From: Scyliorhinus canicula
Lineage: Eukaryota
NCBI RefSeq assembly: GCF_902713615.1
Contig: NW_024055478.1
Span: 616,363 to 680,362 of the forward strand
Direction: 5' to 3'
DNA: 64,000 nt
In this document: one piece after another, positions 57,723 through 64,000 of the stretch
How the letters are laid out: every line of letters begins with the position of its first letter
Numbering within the stretch: the stretch's first letter is position 1
The notes under the pieces: generated by a model
What the model was told of the DNA's origin: nothing
What the model saw: only the letters and a program-made list of their open reading frames with translations
Database searches by the model: none
Program-made: the position numbers and the translations under genes

Positions 57723-60170
57723 TGAGTGAGTGTTTACAGCATCACTGAGGTTCCTTTCCGAGAAAGAATTGACCCCAGGCTCAGGCAAGCAATCATGTCT
57801 ATTTACCGGACATGTCTCTGTCCTTGTGTAGATCAAGAGAGGAATAGTTTGGGAAATCTTGAGAGCTATGGTTGAAAATATCAGCCATGATTGAATGGCA
57901 GAGCGGACTCGATGGGCCAAGTGACCTAATTCTGCTCTTATGTCTAATAGTCTTATGGTCTTATTATGGTCTATCATACCGCAAATTGTATTGTAACTTT
58001 AAAACCAGAATATCTACCTACCGGCAGAGGGTGGCACTCAACTGCGGAGATGGACGAAAATCATGGCCTGCTCTTGCAGAAAGTCCAAGGACAAAGACTC
58101 CTCGTTACCTGTTCTGTTAACGCAAAGCAGAATGGATCAATACGTGCTGCGGTACAAAATGTACAAGGTACTTAATGGGCGGCACTGTGGTTCAGTGGGT
58201 TGCACTGCTGCCTCATGCTCCGAGGACCCGCGTTCGATTCCCGGCATGGTTCTCTATCTGTGCGGAGTCTGCACGTCCTCCCCGTGTCTGCGTGGGTTTC
58301 CTCCGGGTGCTCCGGTTTCCTCCCACAAGTCCCGAAAAGACGTGCTGTTAGGTGAATTGGACATTCTGAATTCTCCCTCTGTGTACCTGAACAGGGGTCG
58401 GAGTGTGGTGACTCGGGAATTTGCACAGTAACTTCATTGCAGTGTTAATGTAAGCCTACTTATGACACTAGTGAAGATTATTAGTACGACAATGTACGCT
58501 TAATGTATAATAACCGCCGAGCAACATGAGAATTACTATCAGTTGGGACATGGGAAGGCCGGAAGGCCTCATCTGAACTGGTGGTTCTGTGCCTCTGTGA
58601 TTCTGAGTGCTATAACATTCCTGGCGCTATAATAATTCCGCGAGTGACAAACGTCCAGGATTTCTACGTACATATTTATGTCCAGGTATTGGCTGCCCAA
58701 TTTTACTGGCCTTGTCTTTCACTGGCGTGTCGCTGGCAATCAGAGGAATGCATTTCTCTGCTGCAATAAAGCAAGATGTGATAATGTTGGGACAGCAAGT
58801 ACCGTGAGCCGGCTGCGGTATTGGGATCGCCGCACCATTGAAGGATACGGCCTGCTGATGTGGTGGGTCAGCTCAACAATACTGTGTCTCCCTCAGTAAC
58901 AAACACTGACTCGGGTAAATGCAGGGCCGTTGCATTGCCATATGAACATCCGACTGGGGAGCAGGGAGTTGGCCAATCGGCCACTCCAGTCGACTCCACA
59001 ATTCAATGAGATCATGACTAAGGTGACCATGGCCTCAGCTCCACATTCCGTGAAACCCAAGGGCGCTGGCAAGAGGCATGATCAGTAAGTTCACAGATTC
59101 CGAGAAAACCTTTGTGGTAAATAATGGAGAGGAAAACCTTAAAACAGCGGCAAATGGACTCTGGAAAGTGTGAGGCGATGCATTTTGGGAAGACTAAAAG
59201 GGCAAGGGAATATACAATGAAAGGTAGGACGCTCGGAATTACAGTAACCAGAGGGACCTGGGGTGCGAATCCACAGACCACTGAAGGTAGCAGGACAGGT
59301 AAATAAGGTGGTTAAAAAGGCTTATGAAAGTCTTGCGTTTATTTGCCGTTGACTATAAGAGCGGGGGGTGGGGGCGGTTATGATGGAGCTGTAGAAATGC
59401 TTGTTAGACCACGGCTGGAGGACTATGTGCAGTTCAGGTCGCCACACTATAGCAAGGATTTGATTGCACGAGGGAGGGTGCAGTGGACATTCACCAAGAT
59501 GTTGCCTGGGCTGGAGTTTTTCAGCTATGAAGACAGGTTGATTAGGTTGGGTGGTTTTCCTTAGAGCACAGAAGGCTAAAGGGCGACCTGATTGAGATAC
59601 ATTAAATCCACCTGATCCACCCATTCTGCATATTTTTGGATTGTGGGAGGAAACCAGAGCACCCGGAGGAAACCATCGCAGATACGGGGAGAACGTGCAA
59701 AAGCCATGAACTCGCCCAAGGCGAGGATTGAATCCGGGTCCCTGGCGCTGTGAGCCAATAGTGCCAGCCACTGTGTGACCCCAAATAACCGAACTGTTTG
59801 ACCAAGCTTTTGACCATTCGACCTAAATGTTCCTCTGAAACTCCTTGGGACAAGTAATGATTTGAAAAGCTCGACATGTGCATAAATTGCAGCTTTTGTT
59901 GTAGTTTAATGAGACTTGATAGTTTACTGAGTGAGTGAGTCTGCACACCAAGATATGAACTCGAAGCAGGAGTTAAGGAATGGCAGATCGATTCATCAAC
60001 CTTATATCTATTAAGAAGCGAGCTGCAATTGTCAACTGGAATAACTGTGTAAGTGGACCTCACTGTTGATGTTTTTGTGTGTTGTGGTTTGTTACAATAT
60101 TTCTCATTCTCACTATGGAAACTGAACTCTCAATGAAGGCGCTGTGCAGAAGCTGGAACTGCCAGTGTGG

Positions 60171-60210
60171 GTTTTTTGTACGGGGTCCACCATATCTATG
60201 TAGCAGTGTG
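60171..60210 (-). other. RSS with 24-nt spacer
   Basis: CACACTG + 24 nt + ACAAAAAAC. Confidence 0.8.
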
Positions 60211-60715
60211 GGCTGCATGGCACAGAAATACACGGCGCTGTCAGAGATCATTGTGTGACTGATCGTTAGCTCGGTAGTCTTGTTCGTTTTATCAAACGTA
60301 GGAGAAAACCGATCATCGAGGTCGGTGTTTCTTTGTACATTCAGCCCAATAAGACGAAACATGTACATTGGAGCTTTCCCGGTCTGCTGACTGTACCAGT
60401 ACACATAAGTGTTGGAATCGTTTCTTCTCAAGGTGCAGGCTATTGTGACATGACTTTCCTCTTGAACCATTATTTCAGGGTGCTTTTGCTCCACGGTATC
60501 TTGGTGGCTCCATTCTAACAGAAATAACAGCGATAATGACAATCAGAGTCAGCTTCATATTGAGTAATACAACTATCAGCAAATTTATCACTGTCATTTT
60601 ACCAACAATAACCTCTGGGTTACAGCAGTCAGGAAGAGAATGGAGTGTTACTGGGAAGGAAATACTGACTGAGAAGTGAGATAACGATGAGGAGCGAAGC
60701 GAGATAGTTCATCAT
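60211..60715 (-). CDS. Apparently intact TCR V gene, paralog of 42615-43106: leader 60715-60670, V exon 60514-60211
   Basis: MMNYLASLLIVISLL|KWSHQDTVEQKHPEIMVQEESHVTIACT...YVYWYSQQTGKAP...SDSAVYFCAMQ; weaker GTCAGT donor. Confidence 0.85.
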
Positions 60716-62606
60716 GATCCTTCGTGAGTTTGTAACTCTACAATGAGATCAATCCTCTGTCAGAGACAGAAATAGAGATCCCCGTCACACTGCACTGCTG
60801 AACCGGCCGATGAGAGGAATGAACCACCAGCAGCAACCTCTCCAGTAACACAATTGGGTCAGAGCGGGAGCAGCAACCGGAAGCTGTGGGCGGGGATACC
60901 GCAGTCTGAATATTGAGTGAAGTGTGCGGTGACTCTCGGAACTGGTGGAGCGGAAATAGCGACGGTTGAATCTTCACTACACCGTAACCACCCTGCACCT
61001 GCTGCTCACTGTGCAAGGCACTGAGAAGAAATAGATCGGGAGGGAGATGACGGACTAGAATCTAGAAACTTTGAGTCAAGGATGAGGTCACATGATCTAT
61101 ACTGCCGAGACACTTTGAAAGAGTTACTTATTCTTCTTTCAAAAACAGCATTCTCTACATGCTCCGGTAAATCCCTCTACATTTACGTCTAAAGTTATTG
61201 TTGAATCTTCTTGCTTTATTTACACACCTCTTCTACAGCTTAGCAGATCGCAGTGTAGATAATGAATGGACTTTTCCTCAGCTTTATTTCTCCTCGATAT
61301 TTGTATTATCCAAGTATCTGATCGTGGAAACAGCTCCAAGCGATCTTCATTAACAGACCGTTTACATTTCAGCAACTTAGTTCAGTCTCTCCTTTACCTT
61401 CTTTGACCTAAAGAGAGGCGGCCTCATGGCGCCATCGGCAGTTTCCCTGCCTTAGGCTCCTTTGTCGTAGAGCTTTACGGCAAATAAGTGCTCTTTGGCC
61501 GCATCGTGTTTGCCCCGGCCATCAAGCACCTATCTAGTCTACAGCAATTTCCTAACACTTGGTCCGTAGCCTTGCATGCTATTGTGTTTCAAGTCCTCAT
61601 CTGAACGCTCCTTAACTATTGTGAATGTTCCCGCCTCGACCACCCTGTGACAGGAAATGAGTTCCAGGATCTCACCACACTCAGATTCCCTCTAAATCGT
61701 CTGCCCCTTACCTTAAATCTATGCCCCCTGGTTGTTGACGCCTCTACTGAGGGGAAAGGTTTCTTCCTTTCTATGTTCCTCAAAATTTTGAACACCTCGA
61801 TCAGGTCTTCCTCGGCCTTCTCTGTTTTCAGGACAATAATCCCAGCCTATCCAGCCTCTCTTCATAGCTGAAACACACCTGCCCAGAAAACCTCCTGATT
61901 AATCTCCTCTGCAGCCTCTCTGGTGAAATCACATCCTTCCCATAATGTGGCAACCAGAACTGCACACTCCAGCTGCGGGCTAACCAGCGTTTTATGCAGC
62001 TCCATAATAACCGACCTACTATTATATTCCATGCCTCAGCTAATGAAGGCAGGTATCCCGTATGTCTTCTTAATCACTCTACTTGTCCTGTTACCTTTGG
62101 GGATCTATGGACATAAACACCAATGTTGCCCTTGCCTCTGTACGTCGTAGCGTCCTGCCGTTCATTTTGTATTTTCTTGCACTGTTGATCCTCCGAAAAT
62201 GCATCACCTTTTCAGGGTTAAATTGCATTTGCCACTGTTCTGCCCATCTGGCCAGTCTGTATATCTCAACCTGCAATCTGCACCTTTCCTCCTCTCTATT
62301 TAGCACACCGCCGATTTTCATGTCACCAGCGAACGACAGTTGGAGATAGCTCAGGGAACTGGAAAGCCAAAACGGTCTGGATTCCTGCTCCAGCTCTGGG
62401 GTGGTTGCGACCTGCCTCCCAAAGGCCAAGCATGATGATTAGAAAAACACGTGAGACCAAAATCAGAGGTATCCTCAGTGATGTCATAATGGGCCTGGCT
62501 CCCTGCAGTGTGTGGGTGGAACAATGAGCTGAACAGAGCCCAAGTTCCCGCTCTCCTCTCAATCTCTAACTCATTCCATTCCCATTCACTGAGAGATTCA
62601 ATTAAT

Positions 62607-63608
62607 ATGTGTCTAATATAACTGGGTTCTTGCACATTAAGTACTGGACGACGCTCATCAAGCCAGTTTAACAGATTGATGGAATTTACACAGCCTCATA
62701 ACGTTAGATAGAGGTTTACCTCCATCCTGTTTATGCTTCTGCTCCTTTGATGCTCTACATTTACGGTCGGACTATTTGACGGTCCAATGACACTGTCCCC
62801 GGTGACAGTAGTTGTGTTTGAAGGGGCGTCAGTGAAGTTAGATTGGAATATGTTACAATTATATAGAACGTTTGTTCGGCCATATTTCGAATACTGTGTC
62901 CAATTCTGGTCACCGCACTACCAGAGGAACGTGGAGGCTTTGGAGAGAGTACAGGAAAAAGTTTACCAGGACGTTGCCTGGAATGGAGGGTATTAGCTAT
63001 GAGGAGAGGTTGAATACACTGGGATTGTTCTCCCTTGAGAGACGGATGCTGAGGGGCGATCTGATAGAAGTTTATAAAATTATTAGGGATATAAATGGGG
63101 TGAACAGTTAGAGGATTTTTCCCAGGGCGGAAATTTCAATTACAAGGGGGCACAAGTTCAAGGTGAGGGGCGGGGGGGGGGGGGGAGTGATTCAGTGGGG
63201 ATGTGCGGGGGAAATTTGTTTTACACAGAGGGTGGTGGTAGCCTGGAATGAACTGCCAAGTGAGGTGGTTGAGGCAGATACGTTAGCGACCTTTAAGGCT
63301 TATCTGGATAGGGACCTGAACAGACGGGGTATAGAAGGGTACAGGCGGTTGGTCTAGATCGGACATGTGGTCGGCGCAGGTTTGGAGGGCCGAAGGGCCT
63401 GTTACTGTGCTGTATTGTTCTTTGTTCTTTAATATACAACCCAGGTATAGCGAACATCCACTGATAAGGACATAAGCCGGCACAATCTCCAAACTGAATT
63501 ACTAATGATGTAGTAAGATTGTAAAAAGATGGATTCTGAAGACAATGCTTGACTGTTGCTCGTAATGTAAGCAAACTGACTGTGGAGGTCTCTTACTGTG
63601 CAGTGAAA
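62607..63608 (+). pseudogene. V pseudogene (family C) split by a CR1 insertion; paralog of 45361-45776
   Basis: TLSPVTVVVFEGASVKLD | insert | YTTQV..NIH*...YCAVK; heptamer remnant CGCAGCA at 63609. Confidence 0.75.
62852..63430 (+). mobile_element. 5'-truncated CR1 inserted in the V exon; AATAT target duplication
   Basis: RPYFEYCVQFWSPHY CR1 motif, (TGTTCT)n tail; AATAT at 62847-62851 and 63431-63435. Confidence 0.8.
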
Positions 63609-64000
63609 CGCAGCATAACATAAAAACCAAGAAACCACTCAAAACTCCTCTGCGAGTATTTGTGTCGTCTTCTTTAGCGCCTTGATCAGCCTGATTAATT
63701 TCATCCCAGGTCCACAGAGAACAAACATTGTCAGGTTTGTGTAACGAACAGTTCCGTTGTTTTATTTGCCCTTCTTCAAATCAACTGATCTGAGAAATCT
63801 TGCGACGCAGCTCAATGTGTCGGCCGATACCTCCTCAGTAAATATCTCGCAGCTTATCCGGAATACTGACCTGCCTACATAGGCAGAGAAAGCTTTTGCA
63901 CATGGAGTGATTATAACTGAACATTACTGACTGTTTTTCCAGGGCTTTCAACTCGGCCGGATCCCGGGAGACGTACTGTGCATCACTCGTCCCTGTAACA

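Overview
Eukaryotic (vertebrate) genomic DNA. The SINE, CR1, Rex1 and Penelope-like repeat content and the V-gene style point to a cartilaginous fish (shark); this is an inference without a database search. The window is part of an antigen-receptor V-segment array, most similar to a T-cell receptor alpha/delta V region. It has 3 apparently intact V genes (leader exon + V exon + RSS), all on the minus strand, and about 12 V pseudogenes or fragments on both strands. I found no D/J segments, 12-RSS or constant exons. The array is interleaved with about 28 tRNA genes or pseudogenes (Pro-TGG, Val-AAC/CAC/TAC, Asn-GTT, Arg-ACG, Thr-CGT/TGT) plus several fragments. These were amplified together with the V segments in nested duplications: a ~2.4 kb Val-Pro unit, a ~2.3 kb inverted Val-Arg-Val unit, a 6-9 kb Pro-V-Asn-LINE-Thr-V super-unit (4 copies) and a ~5 kb V(-)/V(+) block (2 copies). 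All tRNA-Pro(TGG) copies carry an 18-nt insertion at the canonical eukaryotic intron position, which is unusual for a vertebrate. Mobile elements include a nearly intact full-length CR1 LINE, Rex1-type LINE fragments, Penelope-like ends with a minimal hammerhead motif, and many SINEs. Most short ORFs in the supplied track are non-coding by-products of the repeats.
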